Below, one piece after another: positions 13,322-25,648 of a DNA stretch of 64,000 bases. Made by a program: the position numbers and the translations under genes. Position 1 is the stretch's first letter, and each line of letters begins with the position of its first letter. The stretch covers positions 98,334,001 through 98,398,000 of the forward strand of contig NC_087472.1 of NCBI RefSeq assembly GCF_036321535.1. Direction: 5' to 3'. This DNA comes from Camelus dromedarius. Lineage: Eukaryota. Under the pieces are notes generated by a model. It was given only the letters and a program-made list of their open reading frames with translations, ran no database searches and was not told the DNA's origin.

Positions 13322-13420
13322 TTAGCTTCAGTAGGTATGGCCAAACTGTTTTCCTAAGTGCTTATGTCAATTTAGACTCCTGTCAGCAGTGTATGAAAGT
13401 TACAGTTACTCAACATTCTT
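12750..13420 (-). mobile_element. Ancient L1M (L1MC/ME-like) 3' fragment
   Basis: ttacatatagtaaagtgctctaatctt...gtacagcttgatgaattttcaca...ccagaaggtttcttcatgcc. Confidence 0.65.
13259..13317. repeat. (GT)8 - 13 nt spacer - (AC)15 inverted microsatellite pair
   Basis: Read directly from the sequence. Confidence 0.95.
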
Positions 13421-13444
13421 GATATGGTTCAGTCTGACCATTTA

Positions 13445-16400
13445 AAAAAACCTTTTTATTTTGAAATAATGATCGATTGAAGGATGCACAATCAAGATTC
13501 CATCACCACAAAGATTTCCCCCAAGCTACCCCTTTATAGTTCCAGCCAGCACTCTCTCCACACCACCTCTGACCGTTGGCAATCACTAGTTTGCTCCCTG
13601 TCTCTCTACTTTGGTCATTTTGAGAGTGTACATAGATGGAATCACACGGTCTGTGACCCTTTGAGATTGCCTTTTTCACTCAGCAGAGTGTTCTTGAGAT
13701 TCACCCAGGTTATGTGTGTATCAATAGTTTGTTCCTTTTTATTGCTGAGTGGGATTCCATGATGTGGATGTAGCAGTTCATTTAATGATTCAGTTATAAT
13801 AGAACATTTTGGTTATTTCTAGTTTTGGACTATTACAAATGAAGCTGCTATGAAAAATCATGTACAGGTTTTCATGTGGTAGTAAGTTTTCATTTCTGTA
13901 TGATAAATGCCCAGGAGTGAGATTGCTGGGTCATAAGGTAAGTGTATGTTTAGTCTTTAAAAAACTGTGAAACTATTTTGTAAGGTGGCTGTACCATCTT
14001 ACACTCCCACCAGCAATGTACCAGAGATCCAGTTACTCTACATTCTCGAAAGAAGTTGTCACTTTTTTTTTTTTGTTTTGTTTGTTCTCTGTGTTTTTTA
14101 CCCCTGTCTTCCTATGGGTGACTCGAACATTCTTTAGAATTCCATTTTGATTTCTTTACATTTGATTAATTTGTGTTTATTTGGTTTGTTGCTTCTGAAT
14201 GTATCTCCCTGAATAACTTTTTAAATGGTTGCTCTAATTACTATATTACCTACACGTAACTTACCACCATCAACTAGCTTCAGCATTCTACCAGTCTGAA
14301 GTGTAGAAATCTTACTTCCCTTTATGTTCCCTTATCATATCCCACTGATAATTTTCTTAACTATTTCCTCTACATACACTGAGAACTACTCCAGGCAGTA
14401 TCATAATTTTTGCTTTCAACTGGCAAACATAATCTAGAAAACTCAAGAAGAAAAGGAAGGTCTATTGTATGTACCCATACTTTTATTCTTTCCATTATTC
14501 TTTTCCTCTCTGATGTTTTAAGATTTCCTTCTTTTATCATTTCCTTTCTGTTTAGAGAATTTCTTTTAGTCATTATTTTAGCATGGGTCTGCTATTGATA
14601 TATGCCCTTATTTTTTCCTTCATCTGAGAAGGTCTTTATTACCTTTTTTATTCTTGAAGGCTATTTCTACTGGCTGTAGAATTCTGGGTTGGCAGCTCTT
14701 CTTTCTTTTCTTTAGTGTTTGAGAAATTTTGTGCCACTTCCTTCTGGACTCCCTAGTTTCTTATGAGGAATCTGCTGTCATTCAAACTGTTTTCTGTTAT
14801 AGATAATGTGTCATTTCTCTCTCACTGATTTGAAGATTTTTCCTTTGTCTTTTATTTTCAGAAGTTTGACTATGGGATGTACCTTTGTGTGCAATTCCTT
14901 AAGTTTGTCCCATTTGGGGTTTTCTCAGCTTCTTGAATCTGTTTGTGCTACTTGCCAAATTTGGAAAAGTTTTAGCCATTATTTCTTCAAGTACTTTTTA
15001 AGCTCGACCCTCTTTCTCCTCTCATTTTGGGACTCTGATGACACAGATGTTAAGATCATTTGTTATAGTCCCACAGGTCTCTGAGGTTCTGTTCATTTTT
15101 TTTTCCAGTCTACTTTCCCTCCGTTGTTCTGATTGGGTAATTTTTATTGTTCCATCTTAGGTTCACCAATTCTCTTGTCCATCCTCTATATTCTGCTGTT
15201 GAGCTCATTTATTTAATTTTTGATTTCAGTTATTGTATTTTCGCTTGTAAAATTTCCACTTGATTCTTCTTTACATCTTCTATTACTTTGCTGAGACCTT
15301 CTAATTTTTCATTCATTTCAAGTGTGTTTATAATTGCTTAGTGAAGCATTTTTATGGTGGCTGCTTTAAAATCTTTGTCAGATAATTCTAACATCTGTGT
15401 CATCCCAGTGATGGTGTCTGTTGATTGTCTTTTCTCATTCAAGTTGAGATTTTCTGGTTCTTGGTGTAATGAGTTATTTTTGGTTGAAACTCAAGACATA
15501 TTTGGTATTATGTTATGAGACCCTGGATCTCATGTAAAGCTTTTGTTTTAACTGAACTCTTTTGACATCACTTCGTCAGGAAGGAGGGGTATGTGTGCTT
15601 TCTTGTTACTGCTAGGTAGGGGTAGAAATCCAGGTTCTCCATAGGTCTCCATTGACACCTGGGTGGGGAGGGATACTCATCACTGCAGGGTTGAGGTGGG
15701 AGTTCAGGTTCCTTCCCTATTGGGCCTCTGCCAATAGCACCCTGGCTGGGAGGAATAGGGGTGCTTCTTTCCTGCTCCCCACATAGCTTCCATGGACACC
15801 ATGGGTGGGAGGCCTTATTACCAGTGGGTGGAAAGTCCTGACTCTGTGCTAGGCCTCCTCTGACCCCACTCCAGTGTGATGGGGGTGCCTCTTCCTTGTC
15901 AGGTGGGAATGAAGTCCAGCTTCCCCACATGGTCTCCACTGACACCAGGAGGTGGGTGAGCCTTGTTACTGCCTGATGGATATGAAGGTCCCGGCTTGTC
16001 ACTTGGCCTTCTCTCATAACACCCTGTTGGGGGACTTTCAGTGCCTTGTTAACAGTCTGCAAAGTGTGGAAAAATGGGTTTCCCATACTTTCTTTTGCTG
16101 CTGAAGATGGTGGTGGCGGCTGCAGTGTTTTCTATGTTGCTAACCTGGAGGAGAGTGGTTACTGCCGAGTTTTCTGTCTTTCAAGGCTGTCTCTTTCACA
16201 GTCCTTTGGATAGAAAGGGCAGGCTTTTCTTGGAGCTTTTTTTTGGTCTGTGCCCATTGGGGTTTCCAGTTTGCCAGTTTCTCCAGTACCCAAACTGGTA
16301 TATTTGGGGCAAAAACAAAAAGTAAAAAACCCAAGAACTCACCACCATGTTTTTCTTCAGGCCCCAAGGTCTTCAGCTTGTCTGCCTTCTTGTCTCTACT

Positions 16401-16515
16401 TTTCTGAGTCTTCCTATATTTGTTTTACATATAATGTTTAGGGGTTTTTAGCTGTACTTAGAAGGTGAAATAGGGGAAGGTAACATCTACTTCACCGTTC
16501 TGAAAGCAGAAGTCC
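13445..16515 (-). mobile_element. Ancient L1M (L1MC/MD-like) block: 3' end, ORF1/spacer relic and 5' region
   Basis: 3' end motifs at 13450-14050, T-rich ORF1-antisense-like relic at ~14400-15500, degenerate G-rich monomers at 15600-16030, and terminal gcagaagtcc at 16506-16515. Confidence 0.6.
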
Positions 16516-16523
16516 TTTCTGAA

Positions 16524-16748
16524 CAGTGGCTCTTAAATGCTGTTTCATGGGGTCACGGGGTTCCGGGGTGTTACCTCAGGGGCTTCCATGGTGAGGGGAC
16601 GGGGTGGCAGAGGGGGATGTGGAGTGGGAACTCCCTCACCTATGATTTAATAGAGCAGCTTCACTTTTGTTCATTTTATATATTTGGGTTCTAGTGAAAA
16701 TCTCAGGGACAAAAGGGTTCTGCTGCTTAAAAGAAGTTGGAAACTATT
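16524..16748. mobile_element. hAT-Charlie non-autonomous DNA transposon relic
   Basis: TIR-like ends cagtggctcttaaa ... ttggaaactatt; internal ggggttctgctgcttaaaagaag. Confidence 0.55.
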
Positions 16749-16775
16749 ACCATAAACTATTGAAATGTCCTTAAA

Positions 16776-16965
16776 TTCCAACATTTTGGTTTCCAAGTTA
16801 TGTCTCTCTCACTGTCTTTCACACCTGAAAGAAGTGCAAAAATCTTTTGTCAAAGCCATGTGTCTATGTTTTTAATTTGGGCAACATGGTAGCCATAACC
16901 ATATGCCATGAAAGCAAAGTGTCTAGGAAAGTCCCAGATATCTGCACACCTAACATAGATGTTCC
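16776..16965 (+). repeat. Left arm of ~190-bp diverged inverted repeat
   Basis: Aligns along its length to the reverse complement of 18048-18228; e.g. ATGCCATGAAAGCAAA at 16903-16918 versus TTTGCTTTCATGGCAT at 18095-18110. Confidence 0.92.
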
Positions 16966-17206
16966 ATTTTGCTGTGTGTTTTTTTTTCCAGCTAGTGGGA
17001 TAGGGGGAGGATTCAGCCTCTGGGGTCTAAATGTCTAGATCTGAGTCTTAACTAATTTCTAGCTGTGTGATCTTATACAAGTGATAACTTCTCAGAGCAT
17101 TCCTGTCCTCATCTGAAAACAGGGATAATAAGGTCTAATTTATACAATAACTTGTTAAATGCTAATGGGCCATATACAAGATACTCATTGAAAGAGCTGA
17201 CTTCTG

Positions 17207-17695
17207 CAATGCTGTCCAGTTCAGCATCCATTAGCCACATGTGGCTATTGAGCATTTGAAGTATGACTACTGTCATTACGGAACTGAAGTTTATTTTATT
17301 TGAATTAAAATTTAAAAACTGATACTTAATTCAGTTATTGGTAAACTCTGTAGTATATTTGGAAAAATTTGGGTATGAGAATTTGGAACACCTTTGAGTA
17401 TGGAACAGCTATAAATGTTATGAAATCTAAAGAGAGGTCAGGTATTTCTGATGAAATTTAGTGTCTGAATTATGATGTGCTCTGACTATAAAACACACTG
17501 GATTTATAAGACATTATGAAAAAGAGAATGTAAAATTACAATACTTTTTAATATTTACTACATGTTGAAGTAAAAATATTTTATTGGATTAAATATATTA
17601 TTAAAATTAATTTCACTCAGTTCTTTTTATTTTTTAATGTGAATACTAAGGAATTTAAAATTACAAAAGTGGTTTACATCGTATTTCTATTAATC
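17207..17695. mobile_element. hAT Charlie1/MER33-like DNA transposon relic
   Basis: caatgctgtcca...tagccacatgtggctattgagcatttgaa...attattaaaattaatttcac...tttaaaattaca...atttctatt. Confidence 0.75.
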
Positions 17696-18047
17696 ATTTA
17701 CATATGAAGTAGGTAAATTATATCACACACTTTTAACTTTGGTGAGACCGAGCAACTCCTTTAGATAATTTTATCTGCTTAAGCTATTATATTTTTCTTA
17801 AACAATTGAGCATTTATAGAATATGTAGAATTTTGGCCTAAAAGTTAGCTTACGGAGGTTATGAGAGCTCTTTTCACTATCGGTGGGAATGCAAGTTGAT
17901 GTAATCCTCACCAGATGATCATTCATTTATTTATTCATTTATTCAAGAAGTAGTTTTTGAGTTTCTACTTTGTTCCAGATGCTATACTGTGTCTGCAGGG
18001 GTAAGCAGGTATGAGATGCCTGCCCTTGTAGACATTATTGGCTATAG

Positions 18048-18228
18048 GGAACATCTGTGTCAAGTGTGCAACTATCTGGGACTTTACTGAACATTTTGCT
18101 TTCATGGCATGTGGCTATGGCTACCATGTTTCCCAAAGTAAAATATGTTCTTGACAAAAAGATTTTTACATTTCTTTCAGACACAAAGACAGTGAGGGAG
18201 ATGGAGATTGGAAGCCAAAATATTAGAA
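18048..18228 (-). repeat. Right arm of ~190-bp diverged inverted repeat
   Basis: See left arm. The spurious ORFs 16847+ and 18035- share LGNMVAI..CHESK...KVPD.CT...DVP as a result. Confidence 0.92.
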
Positions 18229-18269
18229 CTATTTGAAAAGTCAATCATTTGAAAAAAATAATTACAAGA

Positions 18270-18800
18270 ATGATCATTTAGTGATACTTGTGGTAGGTTC
18301 TACAAAGTAAAAAATGCCCTTTATGAAACTCTTTTAAAATAAACATGTCATTTGTACAGAAACTCCCCTCAGGAATTTATCCTTGAGAAATAAATAATCA
18401 TGGTTGTGCCCAGATGTATGTACAAGAATGTTCCCTGAAGTATGAAAATAGCAAAAATATCTAGAAACAACCCAATGGTCAACCATTTGAGATTGACTAT
18501 CTAAATTAACCATTTGATGGAATATTATGCAGCCACTAAAAATCATATTGAGAAAGACATTGAATGACTTTAAAATGTGATCCCCAAAACAGCACATATA
18601 CTATGATTCTGAGTAAGTAAAACATACAAATGTATTTAAAAAGTACAGGAGTGAATTTCACCAACATGGTAATAGTGTTTATTTCTCTGGCAGGGCTATG
18701 AGTGATCTTTCTTTCTTCTTTGGCCTTTATGAAATTTCTTTCTTTTATGAGGAACATGTAATAGTTGACTATTCAGAAAAATAGATAATTATACTTTTTT
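18270..18800 (+). mobile_element. Ancient L1ME-like 3' fragment
   Basis: caggaatttatcct...gtacaagaatgttc...aaacaaccca...atggaatattatgcagccactaaaaat. Confidence 0.6.
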
Positions 18801-20814
18801 TTTAAAGTGAGCTGACTGAATTATGCTGTATGTATCATTTCATAATTGTATTTAATTGGGACACAAGATAGGAAATGGAAGATGGGAATGTTAGTCCTAC
18901 AGGATTTAATAGTTAATTTTTAAAATCTAGGCCATATTTATTCTATATTCATTGCTTATTTGAAACAATTAACATAAAGCAAAAAGAAATTGAAGATAAA
19001 TGAAAAGACAGCAGCTCAGCAACCTGAGTGGAACAGGAAATGACTGTTTCTTCTGTGCTTGGGTTTGTCCTCATAAACCAAATTTCTCTGCACAATTTAC
19101 TTTCTCAAGAGCCACATTTTATAAATTTAGGTGCTTCTTAAATTCATGATAAAGGCTTTTAATCAAAGCTGGCTTTTGTTCTATTTCAGAGATTAAAGGT
19201 CCTCTTCAGCAAAATGGAGATTACTTGGGGATGATAAGTAAGCTACAAAACAAGACATAGTCTCCATTTTTCACTGTCCATCTGGTACCACTTGGCTCAA
19301 CCTGTTTCTCGGGACCAGGATTTTGGTTCACCCTCTTTTCCGCATTCCTTGGGCTGCTCCTTCCATTGTGCAAGCAGAAGTCTGCACAGCCTGCCCAGAA
19401 CAGAGATGTCACCACCTCACAATCTCCTAATGCGACTGCCTGGAGGACTTTGTCTTAAGCAATAATCCTTCTTCCTTCCCTCAGATAAAAATACTTGTAT
19501 TTAAGCAGTGACTTAAAGGTTGGTGGTGGTTAAAGAGTGTCAGTAGGGGAAAGAGCGCCAAAGGAATCAGAGAGTGAGCACCAAACCAAACCAACGTTCC
19601 TATCTGCTATATTATGAGGATGATATATGTTTCTGATTACATGTCATGCGCCCTGGGGTAGAGAGAAAACTATGGTCCACTGACTGAATAGTTGACACGG
19701 TTTTGAGGACATGTCCAGTGAGTGGGGACAGGGATCAGTGAGGGAAGTTCATGAGGTCTTGGGCAAACAATAACACACCAATAACAATAACTACCATATT
19801 AATTGACTACCTTCTTTGAGCCAGACACTGACCTAGGTCTTTTAAATAAGTTACTTCATTTGCAAATTGATTCTCAAAACCTTTACAAGGCGGGTTTTAT
19901 TTTTCTCACTTTCCCAATGAAGAAAGTGAAGTTCAGAAAGGTTACTGAATAATATTAATACTACTGTGACTACTGCTACTACTGTGACTGCCAGTTAATT
20001 TCATTGAGCAATTATTATGCACCAGGTACATGACCCATATGTCTTTATCTCATTTAATCCTAGAAACAACCTAATGAAGTAGGCACTAGAACACACACCT
20101 AGTAACCTGAGATTCATATCCAGGTGTATTTGACTTCAAAGTCCACCTCTTTCCATTGCACTGTAAAGTGTCATTTACCACCAATTGTTATTAAAATGGT
20201 AATCTAATGATACAAATGAAGAATAACTGAAGGAATGAAAGTTAACTTGATTTTTCTTCTAGTTCTAAATTTGCTGTGGATTTCTTTTTGGGGGTTGCTA
20301 ATATCATATATGCCACTGATTTTCATCCTCCTCTTTGAGGAGATGAAATTTGGAAAACTTGCATTTGTTGCAATGTTTATTTCCATCCCATTCATTAAAG
20401 AACTCTTGGCTCACTCAGTGATGATTCTTGGGGCTGATCATCAACCTTTTCCCATCCTGACTCTCCCTGCCAATTCAGTCCTCAACAAACACTGACGGGT
20501 GTCATTATTTTCCTTAAAAGCTTGTCCAAAATCAAAGAGGAAATTACTTTCTGCTCCAAATCAGGACAACAGAGATTATGAATAAGTGTCATCTAGTCTA
20601 TTGGATTTGTCCCCAGTGAAGTAATAGGAATTCCCAGACCATCATATGTTCTCTCCTAGGCACATTTGTTCTGTTCATTCCCCTTGCAGATCAAATATTT
20701 ATTAAAAAATTGTTTTTTTTTCAAAAACTAGACCACCTTGAGGCCAGCCTCAGCATGGTTATACACTTAAAAGAAAAATCCAGTCTAACTCCAAAGCCTT
20801 CAAGAGTATGCAGA

Positions 20815-20997
20815 CTCATATACAACAAGTTTCTACTGTATAGCACAGGGAACTATATTCAATATCTTGTAGTAACCTATAATGGAAAAGAATCTGAGAA
20901 CAAATATATGCAGTATATGTATGACTGCAACATTATGCCGTACACCAGAAACTGATACATTGTAAACTGAGTATACTTCAATAAAAAAAGAAAAAAA
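20815..20997 (+). mobile_element. Short L1 3' end with poly(A)
   Basis: actgtatagcacagggaactatattcaatatcttgt...tatacttcaataaaaaaa. TSD agtatgcaga at 20805-20814 and 20998-21007. Confidence 0.88.
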
Positions 20998-21243
20998 AGT
21001 ATGCAGATCTTTATTCATTTCTCAGCTAGCTTTCCTTTTGCTTCTCCCACCTTTCCCATTCATTTTCAGCCACTCACTCCTAGAAGTATACATTTCTACC
21101 CATTCCTCTGATCACAATGATACAAATATCAGAGCAGCACAAAGCAGGAGTTGGAGGTTCAGAAGAATCAGGAGTCAGGCTTTGTATATTTATAATTGTT
21201 ATGTGCCTGTCATGTTTTGAACAGTGTGTTTGTCCCTTCAAGG

Positions 21244-21421
21244 CAATGGTTCTCAACCCACTGCACATCTGAATCCCACGGGGAATTTTTATAAAATACC
21301 AAATGCCCCCAAACCCACCCAGAGCAGTTAAATAGGAATTGCTGCCTGGGCCCTGGGTACTGACTGTTTGTTTTTTGATCTCCTCAGGTGATTTAATGTA
21401 CAGCCAGTGTTAAAACCTCTG
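21244..21421. mobile_element. MER5A (hAT-Charlie MITE)
   Basis: caatggttctcaacc...gaatc...caggtgatttaatgtacagccagtgttaaaacctctg. Confidence 0.8.
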
Positions 21422-21584
21422 CTTTAAGGGATCTATGGTTGGATTCTTCCATTTCATCTCTTCCAAGATTTAGCAAGTTTCCTTTTTGTCTTTTCTGCCT
21501 GTAATTCTTTTATTTTTCATATTCACTTTCCAACCTTTCACTATTCCATTCTCATTTATTCCCTCACACCTATTTGCTTTCTAA

Positions 21585-21965
21585 TTAGCATATGGGACGA
21601 GGATACAAGTTGTTTCTTTGGGAGGTGAGCCTAGGAGATTCCAGCTGGGGAGTGGGGAAGAAAGACAGGGCAGGGAAGTCAGCCAATAAAGGATGCATTG
21701 TCCAGGGTGCCCACTCTGGGCAACTAGAGCTTAATCTAGTTGGGGAGGTAAAGCACATACCTGAGAGTTAGCATATCTAAGGAGGAAGGGAGCTAGACTA
21801 TTTATCTACCAATTCCTGCCAGTCTTCAGTTGAGGAAAGTTCCCAAGGGCTTTTCATTCTTTGCCACTTATAGCCTACAGGCAGAGTGGGCTAGAGCAAC
21901 CAGAGGAGGCCCTGAAGCAAAGGGCTACCCGTGCTGACAGTTGGAAGTCTGGCCAGTACACAGCA
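21585..21965 (-). mobile_element. ERVL LTR16-like relic
   Basis: ggggagtggggaagaaagacagggcagggaagtcagccaataaagg. The same family recurs at 43803-44313. Confidence 0.65.
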
Positions 21966-22302
21966 GAGTGAAGCTACACCGGGCTCTTTCTCTCAACCAC
22001 TGGTAAACAGGTTCAGGTTCAGCACCGTTACACTTCTTGGTTGTCTGCATCTACTCTGTTCTCCCTTGGCTTTCTTCTATTTTTCTCATTATCTCACTTC
22101 ACACCATGACATCTCATACTTCGTCTTTCCTCCTCTTTCCTTTTTCCTCTCTGGCACTCTCCTTTGATGTTTAAGGCTATGATCCTCTCCTTCCTCAGCA
22201 TGATGCACGATGGTTAGGATTACTGTAAGGAGTAAGGGACCGAGCACGATCCACACTGCTGCCAGATCTAAACACTGATGTGTTTCCAAAACACATACTT
22301 GA

Positions 22303-22828
22303 GCTCAGAGCTCACTGTGCTGTGCCTCGCTCCTCTCTGACATGGCAAAATCATCCACCCCTACAGAGACTGAGTGGGGCATTGAATCTCTGATTGCTAT
22401 TTTCCAAAGGTATGCAGGAAGGGACGGTAACAACCGCAAACTCTCCAAGACTGAGTTCCTAACCTTCATGAATGCAGAACTGGCTGCCTTCACGAAGAAC
22501 CAGAAGGACCCTGGTGTCCTGGACCACATGATGAAGAAACTGGACCTCAACAGTGATGGCCAGCTAGATTTCCAGGAATTTCTTAATCTTATTGGTGGCC
22601 TGGCCATAGCTTGCCATGACTCTTTTATTAAGTTTACCCATTTCCAGAAGTAAATCTGAGTACCCTTTGGGCCTGACCTCCAGACTCGCCCCCTTTCCTT
22701 CCAGGCTCCCAATTATCCACTCCTCACAGCCCACACACACCCTGAGCCCAGTGCAACCACATCCCATGCAGGCCACTCCTGCTTGTAATAATAAAACAAT
22801 ATTATTTTTAACCCCCCCCAAAAAACCC
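22303..22828 (+). pseudogene. S100A11: S100A11 processed retrocopy (5' UTR, intronless CDS, 3' UTR, decayed poly(A), TSD)
   Basis: Intronless, whereas the parent S100A11 has introns. AATAAA at 22790-22795, A/C-rich decayed tail at ~22810-22828, TSD cacatacttga (22292-22302) / cacatatttga (22829-22839). Confidence 0.93.
22342..22653 (+). CDS. S100A11: S100A11 (calgizzarin)-like protein, 103 aa, intact ORF of the retrocopy; expression unknown
   Basis: PTETE..IESLIAIFQ..AG.DG...LSKTEFL.FMN.ELAAFTKNQKDPGVLD.MMKKLDLNSDGQLDFQEFLNLIGGLAIACHDSF is diagnostic of S100A11. Canonical EF-hand loop DLNSDGQLDFQE is intact. Confidence reflects uncertainty that it is translated. Confidence 0.6.
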   Translation: MAKSSTPTETEWGIESLIAIFQRYAGRDGNNRKLSKTEFLTFMNAELAAFTKNQKDPGVLDHMMKKLDLNSDGQLDFQEFLNLIGGLAIACHDSFIKFTHFQK

Positions 22829-25648
22829 CACATATTTGATGACATCATCTTCCCAACTCTGTCCTCAAGATCTAGCCTTTCTTCCTTTCATGCCTTTACC
22901 AGATTTTGCATGTGGCTAACTCATTCTTTACTACCTAAATTGAATATCACTTCCTCTGTAAAGCCACCTTGAAAAGCCAAATTAATCCCCTCTTCCTCAG
23001 TGCTATCATAATGCTGTGTGCAAACCTTGGCGACAGAAATGTGCTCGTCACAAATTATCCTAAATATTTATTTACATGCTTGTTCCCTCACACAGAACAT
23101 GAATTTTGGGAAGACAGAAGTTATTTCTCTTTGTATTCCTTTCTCAAGTGGAGTGTTCCACAAAAGGATGTATTCCAAAAATGTTTGTAGGATTATTCCA
23201 AATTCATATTGAGTTGCAGTTGGTTTTGGAATATGAACAGTGTTTTACAGGTGTGCTAACAAACAAATCAGAGAAGCTTTAATCAGAAATGAGTTTTGGG
23301 AATTGTCGTGATACTGGAAGGGTGACAATAACGTTAGGAAGGTACTGAGATTTGAGGAAATACAATTATAATATGATAATATAATAGTCAAACTATACCT
23401 TGGAGGACAAATAATGAGAACATTCATTATGTTAGAACCATTGTCATGGTCAACTCTTATTTGTATGATAAACATAGAATATCAGTCAATCAAAGGTACA
23501 GGAGTTATAATAGCTTTCCAGAGCACAACAAAGTAGAGGTGGTAGAGAGAGGTATTAGGGAGTCTTTGACTGAAAGAATGTTATAAAAGGAAAACCCTAG
23601 AGAAGAATTTGAGTCAGATTCTCCACTGAAATGAAGCTGTTTTCATTTCAGTCCTATCCTATAATTTTGCTTCTGGAATGTAACCTCCTTGATTTAATCA
23701 TCAACTCATTAGTAATTTAATATAATATTTTCCTCCCTGAGATGTCATTTTGTTTGCATTGGGATCTATTTTTATACATTTTATTTTCAACATTCTTGAT
23801 TCAGGAGGTGGAAGTTGGAGGGGTAGGGGTGGGGGTTCTGAGAGGGAAAGCCCTGTGTTGGCAAATGGTTTGGAGGCAGACTAAGTAAAATCTCAGGATG
23901 TCCTGGAAGATATGCAATTTATGAGTTAGGGAACCTTGTATAAGGAGTGGATAAAACATTATCTCTGCCTTTGTTCTAATTGAATTTATTAGCTACCTTA
24001 ACTGTCTTCACTTTAGATTCAATAAATTCCTTTACTATTTTTGTTACTTATTTATTTTTAATTTTGACAAAATTTTAGACATATAGCAAAGTACAGAGAC
24101 CAATACAATAAATATCTCTGTATCCATAAGCTATAATTGCTAATGATTAACATCTTGTCAAATTTGTTTTACACAGAAGTAGGCATTATAGATAAACTTG
24201 AAATCTCTTTCCCTATTTTTTCCTCCTCTTCCTATTTTCACGCATTTTATATGTATCTTCTCATTCAATTTTTATATTAATATATTTAGGTGGTTTACTT
24301 CTCAAATTTTTAATTAGTTTTGTTTTCTGAAAATTCTATATCTCAGCTGGAGTGTCTCCCTCCCAGCTTCTCTACTTAGAAAACTCCTACTCAACCGTTA
24401 GGACCCAATTCAAAAAAATTATTATCTCTTTGAAGTTTCACCTTAATCCCTTAAATGGATTAATGATGAGTTCCTCAGTACTTCTACAGCATTCAGTTAC
24501 TGCCTCTATTGTACTACCAGTCTGGTAAGGCTTATTTGTCTTCCTTACTATGACAAAGACCCTCAGGGATCAAAACACTTCTTATTTATTGTTGCATTCC
24601 CAGGTCTAGTTCACTGCCCATTAGACAAAACGGTCTCAGTAAATATTTGTTGAAATAATTAATTGAAGTTTAGAACATCTGAGCAGTTAAAGATTAAATA
24701 AAAAATGCTTTTGCTAGAGGAAGAGAGACCTTATGGAGTGGAAAGAAAGAACTTGGTGTATTAGGTGGTCTTCAAGGATTGGGATTTTTTTGACTTGAGT
24801 TTCATTTGAGAATTAAATATGTTTACACAAAAATCAATGAAGAAAACTAACCCAAATTTGCTAAAGTTTACATTACCAAAATTTGAAATTTACTAAGCCT
24901 ATTTCCTCCATGATAAAATGGAAATGTGAAGCTGTTTCATCTAAGCAAGATATGTAAACACAGTAAGAATGAAGAAATTATGAATATTCATGAGGGATTA
25001 TCACTATATTAATAGAAAAATGAGTCAGGGCCAAATTTTGTTCAATCTAGGGCATAACTGCTCGCTAACATAAAGTACGAGCTCTAAAGACAACTGTCAT
25101 TAAAATTTCCATGAAAGCACATTACCCTTCAAAATATTTTAATTAAAAGTACTCAGGAAAACACTTAGAGCAAATTCAAAGTTTTTTCCTCTTTTTTTTT
25201 CTGGTGGGGTGGTCAGGAAGAAAGCAGGTCAGAGATGAAGGACAACACATCTCACACCAGCCTTAGAAGTGCCAAGTGCAATTAACATCTTGCAAACCAC
25301 ATAGTTCACACTGTGTTGGCAAGTGATTTTCTACTGCTGAACTTTCATATTCCAAATTTGTGGGGAGTTTAGGTGTAAATGTTCCCAAAATTGCTTTAGT
25401 TTTACTTTTCAAGGAGATTCTGGGCATCTGTCTAGTGTCTGACCTTGTTCCCAAGGACTGTGAGATGTCCTTGGACCCTGAAAGAGGCAGGGACCACTAG
25501 GGCTTCCTGGGAGCCAAGTCATGGCATTCGACTTCATGGAATGTGGCACAAACTTGTCTTTTTTGTCGTGTGTGGATGTGTGTTTGTATAAGCTACTTAA
25601 CAGTTTGTAAGACTGGCATGATACTTGTATTCTAAATTCAGTCTACAC

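Noticed and set aside
15568..16086. 172-aa minus-strand ORF with P/W-rich pseudo-repeats
   Set aside because: Translation of the degenerate monomer array of an old L1 5' region.
16847..18244. Two similar peptides (LGNMVAI..CHESK..KVPD) suggesting a gene pair
   Set aside because: Both ORFs have non-ATG starts and the arms differ by indels outside the core. The similarity reflects the DNA inverted repeat, not coding selection.
22305..22712. 135-aa antisense ORF
   Set aside because: Shadow of the S100A11 coding sequence.
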